Shown: positions 38,334 through 50,500 of the stretch, piece by piece
Layout: every line of letters begins with the position of its first letter
Numbering within the stretch: position 1 is the stretch's first letter
Assembly (NCBI RefSeq): GCF_022539665.2
Contig: NC_081333.1
Coordinates: 5,456,001-5,520,000, forward strand
Length of the DNA: 64,000 nucleotides
Reading direction: 5' to 3'
From: Daphnia carinata
Lineage: Eukaryota
The notes under the pieces: generated by a model
The model's input: only the letters and a program-made list of their open reading frames with translations
Told to the model about the DNA's origin: nothing
The model's database searches: none
Made by a program: the position numbers and the translations under genes

Positions 38334-39566
38334 CCCAGACGGCACAAATGTTTCCGGGGAGGTCCAATAACCTTCCCTTTGTACAAAAACGTTCATGATG
38401 GTTTTAGTACATCCATGGGAAGGTTATTCGGGAGCCTAAGCGGAACAACTCTTCCTATTTCCTTTCCATAAACCCCCAACTTCAATCATTAATGAAAGAT
38501 GGCTTTAGGAAGTTATTGGGAGCATACAGGGAAGCCAAAAATTTTGTTTGCTTGAAGACAAAAGTAAAGTAAGTGCAATAATGCGGATTTTTAAAATTGG
38601 CAATGTTTAAACCTAACCGTCAGTATTTCTTTGTGTGGGACTGTGGGTAGAAGTTGCTATTTTATATGCTGTGCAGATAAAACTTTTGCTTTTATCTTTT
38701 GGTAATTTTCACAATTTGAATTTGTGAACTTCAGCTCTAGGTCAGTTAATAATTTATATACCTTAAAACCTTTTCTTCCAAGTATTTTTGCTTTGGGCTG
38801 CAAACAGCATAGTCCAACTCGATCACCACTTCTTGTTCATAATTTGTGAAATTCAGCCCCAGATGAGTTAATTATTCACATAGCTTTACTTACATATTTA
38901 ATATTTTACAATGGAATATTCTAGATCTTGTGTGGGGAACAACATAGTCATAGTCCAGGTAGATGAACACCACTTGCTCGTAATTTTTTCAGTTTACCGT
39001 CAGGTAAGTTAATAATCTATATACGTAAAATTATGGGAATTAAATTTTTCATTGGAATATCCTAGGTCTTATTCCAACTATTGGGTTGCTTTTGAGAAAA
39101 ACTGCGATCAACATACCCCATATAGGTTGCCACATCTTTTTTGTGGTTAATTACAGCTACCGGTAACTTAAGAATTTATATATGAATTAAATTCATTAAT
39201 TTAAAATTGTACATTGAAATTCGTTGGAAGCTCACCGTTGTTACAAATAAAAAAATTATCTGAATTTTGGTTTTTTTATTGTTTTTGTCTAACTTAAGTT
39301 GATCATACATAATTATGTATGAAAATATTCTTAATAATATTTAGAAGAAAAATAAAAAGGGGTGAATGCAAATGGGACATAGGAGGGTGATAGGAGGGTT
39401 TCTGGAAGGCTTTGGGAGGCGGGAGCATCAATGGAGTTTGTCAGGAGTGTCACCGGGTGCCGGCAGGGGTCCGTTTAGGAATAATTATAGGCATTCCTTA
39501 GGGTATCCCGTCCCTCCCACAGAATACTCCACAGGAGTTCCCTTGGTATGCTTTGTGCCGTCTGGG
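38334..39566 (+). mobile_element. 1.2-kb non-autonomous EnSpm derivative, 15-bp TIR, 2-bp (TT) TSD
   Basis: TIRs CCCAGACGGCACAAA / TTTGTGCCGTCTGGG. Comparison with the empty duplicated site at 41172-41198 shows two extra T. The ends match the 19862-28256 element. Confidence 0.92.
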
Positions 39567-39997
39567 TTTTTTCACTAAATAGCTAAAATAAGTAACGAGT
39601 GACAATAGAAACTAAATAATGACAATAGTCAACGTAGGCATAATGGCCCATCAGTTAATTTTTTACTTTTCACTGGCAGAATCAGGATTGCTATCTAAAT
39701 CAACAGTTTCACAATCAACTTGATTTGGTTGATCACTCGCAACTCGATGCCTTTTTGTTTGAAGAGTTGGGGTTCGAGCGAACTACATATAAATACAATG
39801 AAATACATGCGAAGAATAGTTTGAAACCCAAAGGCGCATGAAAAATTTCTTAAATATCTTAAATAATGATTTTAGCCCATATAAGCTGGTATCAAGGACC
39901 AAACTTTTAAGCAATTCTCTGCGAGCCGAGCATATGAGCCGAGCCGAGCATATGAGCATTTTAAATTCTATTCTAACGACCCCAATACGTTACAACA

Positions 39998-40789
39998 ATG
40001 GCGTCTGCATACTTAAACACCCCTTCGAGTTTTTATTACCGTTTCCATCAGCCTCTTGATGTATTTTACGCTAATAGTGTTCCCGCCGAATTTGGCTCCA
40101 AGGAATCTACCAGCTACCATCGCTCGGACAATCCGACGAAGAGCTATGAAAACCCCTAGTCCGTCCGTAGGCATAAAAACCCATCGGTCGCTCAAGCGAC
40201 CCTGCCGGGCGCTCAAACGGACGCACCAGAAGAGTCAAAAATCGTTGGAGTATGTACTGTAGCCGGAAGTTTTAGAGCGCGCGGATATACTTGTAAAGGC
40301 TGCATGCGCACTATCGGTTTGATTGTATTCATGACCCTTGCAACCTTTCTTGCTGTCTGTGGAATTATGTATTTGGCAGACATGGAAAAATGTAGTCTTT
40401 GTATTGACACAACTTCCCAAGGAATTACTGAACGTAAATGCGTATATTTTTTCGGGAATACCGTTAACAAAAACCAAAATACTTCCGTTCAAGAGCAAAA
40501 CCAAGAACATGACTACAAGCTAAACGAAATCAACGATTTTTGTTGCCGTGCGCTAAAATGGAGGACGCCTCAAGTTTCTCAACCACCGCCAGAAACAGCA
40601 GAACACCTTGCTACAACATGCACCTTTTTTAATCTAAGAAAAATTAAGTGTGCTATCAACGCAGAATCAGCTTGTTGCGAAGAATGAAAAAATGGCAGAA
40701 ACCAGAACCAAACTGTGTTACCCCTACAGGAAATGTATAATTACGTGAGTAATAGTACAGGGAATAACCAAGAAAATGGAACCGGATAA
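39998..40789 (+). pseudogene. Intronless 263-codon frame with two in-frame stops; predicted Cys-rich single-pass (type II) membrane glycoprotein of unknown family
   Basis: ATG in acaacaATGg context. One continuous frame with TAG at 40157-40159, TGA at 40685-40687 and final TAA at 40787-40789. Hydrophobic segment IGLIVFMTLATFLAVCGIMYL, followed by many Cys and the sequons NTS, NQT, NST, NGT. Confidence 0.55.
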
Positions 40790-42722
40790 TCGTCAGTTGT
40801 AAGGTCATTTACACTGTATCACAGTTTCACTTGATAAAAAAACAGAAATGGTTGCGTCGACTGCTAAGTGTATCGAAATTGTGAATACAAGAATATAATG
40901 GCCAAACATATTATTATTGTACTAGTAACTTTGTGCCCGACCAGGGCAGGGGGATAGGTGGCGCTAGCGTATTTTTGTGCCCAGCAGATGGCACCTTAAC
41001 AGAAATTTTAAAATTAGATGTACCTTTTGTTGCCACTTGATGGCAGCATATTAGAGACCGAGACAATTCAGGCAGGAAGCGAGCGGAGCTCAAGCTGAAG
41101 CTCTTTAAAAAAAAGTTGATCTCCGCTCAAGCTCATTTTTAAACAATTATTTTAAAAATAAAACTAGTAAATGCCAACAGTGTATTTTTTCACTAAAACT
41201 AACTAATAATAAGTAACGAGTAACAATAGAAACTAAATAATGACAATAGTCAACGTAGTCATAATGGCCCATCAGTTAATTTTTTATCTTTCACTGGCAG
41301 AATCAGGATTGCTATCTAAGTCAACAGTTTCACAATCAACTTGATTTAGTTTATCACTTGCAACTCGATGCCTTTTTGTTTGAAGAGTTTGGGTTCCTGA
41401 AACTGAAGCAGTTGACTTTTTTCGGTGACATTCTCAGATTTCTAGTTTTAATATAGTTAATAAAAAGTTATTTAGTTTTAGTTCAGTAAAGAAAAGACAA
41501 TAAAGAAATTTACTTACAAGTCTACGTTACAGTTACACTGCACTAATTGTTAAAGAAGTTAGCACTTAGATGTCAACTATTAAGCTCAAGCCAGCCTGCT
41601 TTTCAGTTTAAACTTCAGACTGGACCTTGTTTGACATGTTTAATATTTTGTAAAAACTTAAAATTCTGGTTCACAGATGGCGTTCTGTGAGCTTCTCGCT
41701 CATGGACCAAAAGCTCACGCTCAAGCTCTCTTTTTTTTAAAAGAGCACGCTCAAGCTCAAAGCTCACCAAATGAGTGAGCTCGCTCACGAAAAGCTCAAG
41801 CTCACGCGAAGCTCGTTTCAACTCTGGTGCTAACGAAATCTTTCGGTAAGTATACTGAATAATTTTTAAATACTAACTAATAAATTGTATGTAAGATAAG
41901 TTCTTCCGGTACAATTGGGAAAAAATTATCATATTGCAACGAAATCTTTCGGTGCAATAGGGAATAAAGCCATTTATTGCAACGAAATCTTTCGGTGCAA
42001 TAGGGAATAAAGCCACTTATTGCAACGACAGATTTCGGTGCAATGGTGAAAAAAGCCGTTATTGCAACGACAGATTTCGGTGCAATAGAGAAAAAGTAGG
42101 GCTCGGCCCCGATCGTCTTTGATCGGGGCAAACCGCGGTTTGTCGGAAAAAAATCGTCAAGCCGTCGGTTCGGTTTAGCCATTTTCGACTGCAGTTTGGT
42201 GTTGGGTTTGCAACTGGGCAAAACCCGTTTGAGCCGCTATTAAATTATTTTTTTTTTATTTAGCTGAAATTTCAAATCAACCAATCATCACTAATTGTTG
42301 TGAGCGTAATGACGGTCAAGAACTTGTTATAAATCAAATTTCCGATAGAATTGCGGTTATCGCGATCGAAAACCGGTCGATCCTTACGCCATCTAGCGAC
42401 AAAATCTGTTTCTAATTTATTGTCCTGTGCGAACCGTAAATACGCGGTGCCTGGGAGTAGGTCAATGCTTTGGCTCAAAGCAAGAGCCAAACAATTGGCC
42501 CAGGCCACAGAGACCTAAGTTGTTGAAATTGACCTAAACACACATACAAATGTCAAACGTTACATGTTAGTCATCGGTGCTTCAAAGACTTTTTAAAAGT
42601 TTTAGACTCAAACTCAGTTGAGCCACTCTGTAAAACAGTGCATCGCATTACATGCTGAGAAAAGTTGAATTATAATCCGAAGACAGTCGTTTCTGAAAAC
42701 CGTTCTGTCAAAGTAAACGGAA

Positions 42723-43612
42723 ATGTCAGGTTTAAAGAAAGCAGAATTAAATGAAGAAGCCAAATTATACAAAAATGCAAGAGAAAGAGAAAAGTAAAAC
42801 TTCCATATTTTTTAAAATGTTATTACTGCCATACAATCTCTATATTCATCTGATGAACTTATACTTGTTTTCGTTGTCCTTCTCAAACATTTTTCTTCAA
42901 AGAAATGCATGCTGCATCATTGTTTCTTTTTATGTCCTAACATTAAAGAGTTTGTTTATTTAATGGTATAATAATTTTATCCTTTTAGGTATGATAACAT
43001 GGCTGATCTGTATGCTGTAATAAACACAATTCAGTGTCTCGAAAAAGCTTATATCAAAGACTCTGTGACTGCAAAAGAGTATACAGCTGCTTGTTCTAAA
43101 TTGCTGGTTCAATATAAAGCAGCATTTAAGCAAGTTCAAGGAGAAGAATTTCCCTCTTTGGACACATTTACCTCACATTTCAAACTGGATTGTCCAGCAG
43201 CCATGGAAAGAATTAAAGAAGACCGGCCGATTACTATTAGAGATGATAAAGGAAACACTAGTAAATGGTATAACAGTGATTATAATCGAAGCAGCATAGG
43301 ATAAAATTATCACACAGAACACTTAACAGCATTGCTGATATTGTTTCCCTTTTCATTACTACAATGGATAAACTCCGCCTGGATATTCGCGCGAATGATG
43401 AATTGCAGCCAGACTTGAGGGACCTAGCGGAGACCATGGCTAGGCTCAGTCTTGTGCCTGACGAGTTTGAGGGCAAAGAGAAAGTTAATCAGTGGCTTCG
43501 AACTCTTTCGTCCATGCAAGCATCTGATGAGCTTAGTGAAAGCCAAGTTCGGCAATTACTCTTTGATCTTGAAACCTCATACAATGCATTTAATCGTCTT
43601 TTGCATCCTTAG
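42723..43612 (+). CDS. VPS28: Vacuolar protein sorting-associated protein 28 (ESCRT-I); exons 42723-42793, 42989-43267, 43330-43612
   Basis: Spliced translation [48 protein letters not shown]...[17 protein letters not shown]...[45 protein letters not shown]...[22 protein letters not shown] matches VPS28 along its length. The GT-AG introns keep the frame. Confidence 0.98.
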
Positions 43613-44519
43613 GCGACCATGAATTTTCAGGATGAAATGTTATTGGAATATTTTGTTTCATTTGTTTTTGTGGGGGGGGGGGTAGTTTTTTTGTTTTGTT
43701 TGTTTATGATACTTTCATTTTTTGCTTCCCTGTTTTTTTAGTTGTTTTTTTTTATTTGTCTGGATCTTTCATTTTGGAGTAACGTGTAGGTGTATTACTG
43801 TAATATCTCACATACACGAATAAGCAGAAACAATTTCACATACATATTCACACTTTATAAAAATTAGTAAGTACAATCAAATCCATTAGTCGCGGAATTA
43901 AATCCCAAATTTTGGGATATTTCTAGTAGTCTTGGGGTAGGGCTCGACCCCACTTTAGCACTACCCAAGAGTTACTGGGCACCAGCTTTCCACGGAAGTA
44001 CTGGCGCGAAGGTGAAAAAAACATATTTTATATATGTCAAGCCAGTAACTTCGGTATGGTAAGCTGTGAGCAGCTGACTGCTACGTGTGTGTTGCAATTT
44101 TTGTGGAAAATTTGTTTTAGAAAGTAAAAATTACTTATAGTTTTATCTACAAATATTAAGTAATTGGCTAGGTCGTTGTGGGTTTTGGGGCTGCAGGCTC
44201 TTGCAGAAAGAGTAAATTGCGGGACTGCTGCAAAATTTTTAGGGCCAGCCCGAACCGAAAAGTGTGCAGTTTTTTTTCTAGTGCGCACCCGCAGCCCGTA
44301 GTCCGAGTCCGCATTTTACTCTGTCCCTGGATAAACAAATATCAAACAGCTGTTGTTTTTGGAAATACGCACTTTTAAATGCGTACATTACTGAGGTGGT
44401 CGAGGACGTTAGCTTTTATTGTGCAAAGAGGGTAACCAAGTGTGTTAAAAGGCAAAAGATTGAAGAGTTTAATATAGTATTAAGTTCTTCATTTAAAAAA
44501 AAAACTTCGTTTGCCAAAA

Positions 44520-47500
44520 ATGCCTTGGTATTTTCCATGGTCTGAGGCAATCAAGAGAAGAGCATGCAGATATTTGCTGCAACATTATCTTGGACGATTC
44601 TTGGACACAAAACTAGGATTAGACCAGCTGAGTGTGGACCTATACAAAGGGACTGGTTGTGTGAAAGATGTAAATCTTGATGTAGAGGTAATTCATATTA
44701 TAAAAAGAAATCATGTGCTACTGATATACTCTTTTTATTGTAATTTCTAGGCACTAAATGATCTAAGTGAAGAACAAGGTTTTCCTCTAGAATTTTTAGA
44801 TGGATCAATATCTGAAGTATCAGTTTCTGTTCCATGGTCAGTTTTACTTAGTGAAAGTAGTTCTGTGGAAATTAAAGGGCTTTGTCTCGTTGTACGCCCA
44901 AAACAACAATGCAAAAATGGTACTAATGTAAAGCTATTTTTGAAAAACTTAAGTGTATTGTTATTTGCTTTCGTTGTCCTGTTAGCTTTTATGTGGGAAT
45001 CTATGATCAATAGCATGATCATGACCACAAGTATGCAGCTGGCAGAAGAATGCTTGAAAGAAAATGAGGGAGAATCTTTTGATGAATCTCAAACCACATT
45101 TGAAGGATTGGAGCTATTTGCCCAAACACTTGAAACAGTTCTAGCAAGAATCAAGGTCAGGGTTATTGACACTGTTATCAGATTGGAGTATGTCCCCCTA
45201 AGTTCATTGTCTGGAGTTGGCCTAAAAATCCATGTGAAAAGGTAAATATGTTAAAGCCATCCCATGCTTTCTAAGTCCCTTATGGTGATAATTTTGTTGC
45301 TAAAGCGTAGTAATTTGTGTATTCCTTCCCTTCTTTTCTCGAAGAATGGATTATTTCGATATGGCTGGGCAAGACCAAAATATTCCAGATGGTCACCAAG
45401 TTGTTAATGAAAAATCAGCGTATGCAACGAAAAAGTTCCGATTGGAGGGTGTATCAATATATTCGGATGAGTTTGCTGCGAAGCAGACAACACAATCAAG
45501 AAGTTGTTCATCTGATAATTCGTCATCTTCTGATTCATTCCCAGAAAATGGCTGTGATATTAAGACCCCAGAGCAAAAGGTTTCGGATAATTTAATTCTC
45601 TGTGGAAAACTTAGTGGCCGACATGAAATAGCCATACGATACAAGCAATGTGAAAATCTTCTTGGGCCTAAGGTATCATTGAACCTTGCCTCCCGTTTGT
45701 TAAGTACTGCTACCACTTATTTTTATTATTGTTTATATTAGATGGAGTTGGACGTTACGCTGGGGTCAACTGTCCTATTTTTTTCACCTCGTCAGTTTCA
45801 TTCCTTCCATGCCATTATCCAATCTTTGCTTCTACCAGCTCTTGAAATCAAGTAATCTCTTTACCCCTCCGTCTACCCAGAAGTTTGAAGTTCTATTTTT
45901 TTTAATTTATTACTTTTTTAAAATTATGACTTCAGCAACAAAAGCAAACGTAACGAAAAGCCAATGCAACTGTCCGATTACCGACGAATTGAAAGTGAGC
46001 TCCAACAACAAATAAAGCAAGCAACCTTACCAAGTGCTCCAGGGGAGTCACTCAATAGGAAAGGCTGGTCGACTGGATACTTGGGTTTGAATCCTAATTA
46101 ATTATATCGATACGGGAACTGCCCATGGCATGTATACGATTACACAATCTTTAATTACTGCATAATTCGCAGATGATAGCGATGAAGAATTTCATGCATT
46201 TGAGCCATCGCCTGTGGGAAAAATGGACAATTACGTGGTACCTACCATTCAGCAACCTAAAGATAGCCCATCGTAAGACATACTTTTTTTTCCTTTGTAA
46301 ATTTTTCTCGTTCTGGCAATAATTTTTTATTTCAATTGGTTTAGATGCGAAAATAACGGGTGCACTGAATCGCCGTCTGTGCGCCATTCGAACCATTCAA
46401 AAGCTAATAGTCGTGCGTCTTGCAATGCGTTTATTATACCATAATTAAAGCTTATAATTTTATATTATGTTCTGCTTTTATTCGACCGTTTTTTTCAACA
46501 AATCGAATATGCTGCTTTAACTGCTACCCCACTTTGTATTTCTCAGATTTTTCTGAAAATGGATGTACCCTGGAAGGAGACAACGCATCGGTACGGATGC
46601 GGTTTTCAGTGAAGTTGGGAAGTCTAGTGATTTTACTGTTGCACGAAGATATCTTCGCTTGCAATTCAACTACAGGCCAGCTAACAGCACCTTCTGTTGA
46701 CGAGATGCGTTCATTGGCCAATTTTTTCTTTGGTCAAGTTGGATTGCTTCCTTTAGTTGGAGCCGGGATAAAGGATTTATCTGTCACTAAAGAAAAACTC
46801 GACGCAGCCTGTTCCAAAAGTCATCTACGGTAAAGAATTAATGCTAGAACTGTTAATCTTTCTTTTCCTTTTTCAGTTGTGTTCATTTATTCTAGATTCA
46901 TTCTGGCCCCTGTGAGTATCAATGGTACTGAACAGGTTTGTACTGTGGGCACTACCATGGATTTGAATCTGACAGCTGCGGTGGCCGAGATCTTAGAGTG
47001 TCTCGTCGAAAAATCTTCTTTGGCACTTAATTCTGGAATTGATTCTTTTCCCGTAAGTTACTTTTCAATCATTAAGCTTATTTTTCTAAATCTTCGATTT
47101 TCATTTCTAAATTAGATTATTCGCTTCCTTCCATATTTGGATGGATGCCAAACGAAGCCAAATCTTCATTTGAAATTCATATCCCATCAACCAGGGCGTA
47201 CTTTGCAGAAAGTTCGGAAGCCTTCAATGCCCGAAATGCATATCAAGTAAATTCTTTATTTTGCATCCCTAACGATATTACCTTATCTATTGAAATTTGC
47301 AGTATCTACTTTTGCCCATGCGAGATTGAGGTCGATATGTCGATAGTTGATCGTATAACATCCCTCCTAAATCGGCCAAGTTTCCTAAGTAGTCCAAAAG
47401 CCAAATTCAATCAGATGTATCAGGTATTTGGCATGCTCTGTGAGTTTCTTTCGTATAATAATTTAACTCCTATTTTTTTTCAAATTTATTTTTAGGAGAA

Positions 47501-50500
47501 ACACATCAGCGTTGATGCCGTATTGGACAACGATTCACTTTGTCAGACAAACGTCGGTGTATCGTGTCCAAAACTTAATGTAAAGTTGAGGTCTGTTCTT
47601 CAAGAATTATATCGACAATTCAAAATCTATGATTCATTATTCCATTAGATTTCCTATTCCGGATTTACGACCTGTTCATGATTTGCAACGGAACCCATGG
47701 TGGCGAAGGTGTCTTCGTCCGGATGTTTTAACTATCGAACTTCAGGAAGTTGTCTTGAAAACGACCTTCACCCCAAATGAAACGAGCACAACCGTTCACC
47801 TCGTGTGCAAGGAAGCCATTGGCAGTTATCAAGAAAAAGCGGACGAAGAAGCAATAAAATTTTTGCATACTGCGGCCCAAGACGGCGATGATGTAGATAT
47901 AGCAGATGGAGCTGGTCATTATGACCTGCCTCGAGTAACATTAATTTTTCGACCCTCACACACCAATGGTATTGAATTAGAGGATCAAGACGACAATGGT
48001 CGGGAAAACGATGATGACGGGGACGTAATGACCATGTCGACAGGAGAGGCTTTACTCGGAATCACAGCTGAAGAACCGTCGCCCTTTAGTAAACAAAGGC
48101 GTATTCATAAAGGGCAAAATCATCGTGACGAAGGTGAGGACTGATGGCGATTTTTTGTTGCTTCATTTTGAATTTCTTTAGATTTTTTTTTTTTTTTTTC
48201 ATTTTGTATTTTCGATTACCCAATGGTTTAAATATGAACTTGACATCCATATATTGTGCCAAATGGTTTTCCTGCCCTTGTATCAGGTGCGATTTTGGAC
48301 GAGTTGGTCATCCCCGGAGACAGCGAAGAAACTGCAGAATTCATTACTTTGGCGTGCAAGATGTGCCTCACCCAGATCGACATTTCGCTCCCAAAGGCAT
48401 CTTTACTGTTGCCGTCAAAACAATTCTTTGAGACAATCTACAACAGACTGTCTACTGATCTGTGCCTGTGGGAGCCATCAGCTCCTGAATATTTTGCCTT
48501 CCATGGAAAGCCTTTTCATGAAACACAGAACGTGTCGAATTTTAGTGGACTTGGCTCGGCTGTTCTGCAAAGCCCGATTCCAAATATGTTCATTATGTGC
48601 AAATCGGGAGTAGCCTACGGTAGATCACGCATTTTATTTTTATTTTTTTTTTACATTTTATTTTTTTTTTTCTTTTTTTTTCTTTTTTTTTCTTTTTTTT
48701 CCATTTTTTTCCATTTTTTCCATTTTTTCCATTTTTCATTTTCTTTGAGACTCTTAGCAATATAATGGTGAAAACGATTTAATGTCAGTTTATTTCCTAT
48801 TGCAGAATCTGATTCGGAATCGGATGAAGATGGTAATGGAGCGGCTTTTACCTACATGAAAAACCGGCAAGAACACTTGAATGGCAAAGGAAAAGTGAAA
48901 TCTTCACCTAGTAAAATGTGTGTTTCAGTCAATATCGGCAAAGGATCTGGGACACTGTTTTGCCACGTAAAGGTCAGTTAAGGATTTGGCATCTTGGAAG
49001 CTTTCTTTCATTGACTTTCTGCAGGATTCGTTTGAAGGCGAAAGTACAACGCATCACGGAGAAATCCAGTTCTGCGTTGAAAATGGAAGATTTTTTTCTG
49101 TAACCGGTTTTAAAGGAGATAATCAAACAGGACATATCTGTTTCCACGCTTCCAAAGCCTTTCTGTCACATAATGGTATTGGAATGGATTGAATGCTCAA
49201 GTTTGCGAGCTGCAAAACTAAAATTCCGAACGTTTCTTAAAGTGTACGTATCGAAATTTAAAAAAAAAAATTGAATTTTACATTCTAGGCTATGTTCTAA
49301 ATTCATACGAAGACCTTGGTGATCACCCAAGTTCGAGGTTGCACCAAACTAGCCGTGTCGATCAAGTAATTTATCCTTTCCCTAGCGACACAAGAGTTGG
49401 AAGAGACCACGTGGAAAGTGGACCAATGATTTCTTTGGCTATAAAAATTCATAATGATACTCGACAGCACGTAAAGGTCTATCTACTTTCCGTAATTTGC
49501 TGTTGTTACTGTTTGATATTAAAGCTTTCATCATCAGACCTTCAAAACTGCCATCGCCGTTCAAGGAGGCATTTTACGTCATCGGTTTGGTCCTTCCACT
49601 CAGAGCTGGTTCAACCAATTGATCGATTTCCTCGACGTGGTTGACTATCCTATAGCAGGCTATCGGACGCCTACTGTTATAACGGAGCTTCATCTTAACG
49701 TATCAGAATGTGGAATAGACTATAGGTAATTTTCCATAACATTTCTTTAACTTCATTTGGTTATTGTAATTTTTTACAAGTTCATCAGTTCTTTCTTTAT
49801 TCGTTTTATTTTCTATTATTTGCTCGTAGATATATATATTTATATATATATTAATAATTCTTCTGTTTTAAGGCCACTTTATTTACCTGCCAGAGCGTTC
49901 CTTAACGTTGGGACAGTAAACGTGTCAAGCAATATAATGGCACTTACCAATTCGTCTGTGCTACGTTTCGTTGTAGAAGACGCCTGCTTATACTTGTCAA
50001 ATCGCGTAAGCTACGGGACGGTAAATCTTCAAAGGGATTACGTCTGTGTGCTCGAAATTGACTTAATCGAACTGTCGCTGAGACTGCGTGAAAAACAACA
50101 AGAAACAGGAGACTCATCTAGAAACAACTTTGAACTCCCGGAAACCAAAATACCTTTCTTTGAGTTGCAGGCGTCGTTAAACCTAATCCGTTTAAGAACT
50201 TGTGCCGATTCCTGCCGATTGCTACTTGATTTAATGAAGTATTTAGCGGAGGACGGTGATTTCGATGAGAAAGGAATCGCAATGTCGGAAGACTCAAGTG
50301 AAAGCGGTTTACTGCTAAAAAGTGGATCGAACAGTGCCGTAGGCGGCTCCTTGGCATCTCTCTGTGAGCAAGAAAAAGAATCGCAGGTAAACGATCTCAT
50401 GGCCGAGGCCATGCGAGATTCGACTCCTGTACAACAAAGACAACCTCATAAACTACCACCAAAAGACGAGTCTGTGGTCAACACGACGGAAGTTTTCTTC

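Larger units (their letters stand above)
38149..41826. mobile_element. 3.7-kb non-autonomous hAT-type element with 8-bp TSD, internal duplication and captured DNA
   Basis: TIRs CAGAGTTGAAAC / GTTTCAACTCTG. Flanks GTGCTAGC (38141-38148) and GTGCTAAC (41827-41834). GCTCAAGCTC subterminal motifs at both ends. Confidence 0.85.
35835..42095 (-). mobile_element. Mutator-like element (MULE) bounded by inverted ~40-bp subterminal repeats, containing nested insertions
   Basis: tgcaccgaaatatttcggtacaataacggccttttcccctattgcaccgaaatct (35837-35891) is the inverse of the repeat array at 41933-42090. The MULE transposase lies between them. Confidence 0.65.

Noticed and set aside
41933..42090. Repeat array as CRISPR, or the 114-aa ORF 41877-42221 as a gene
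   Set aside because: The periodic peptide only reflects ~40-bp DNA repeats that are inverted at 35837; they are better explained as MULE subterminal repeats.
48630..48745. Phe-rich hydrophobic ORF tails inside ATG2
   Set aside because: They are translations of intronic poly-T/(ccatttttt)n low-complexity sequence.
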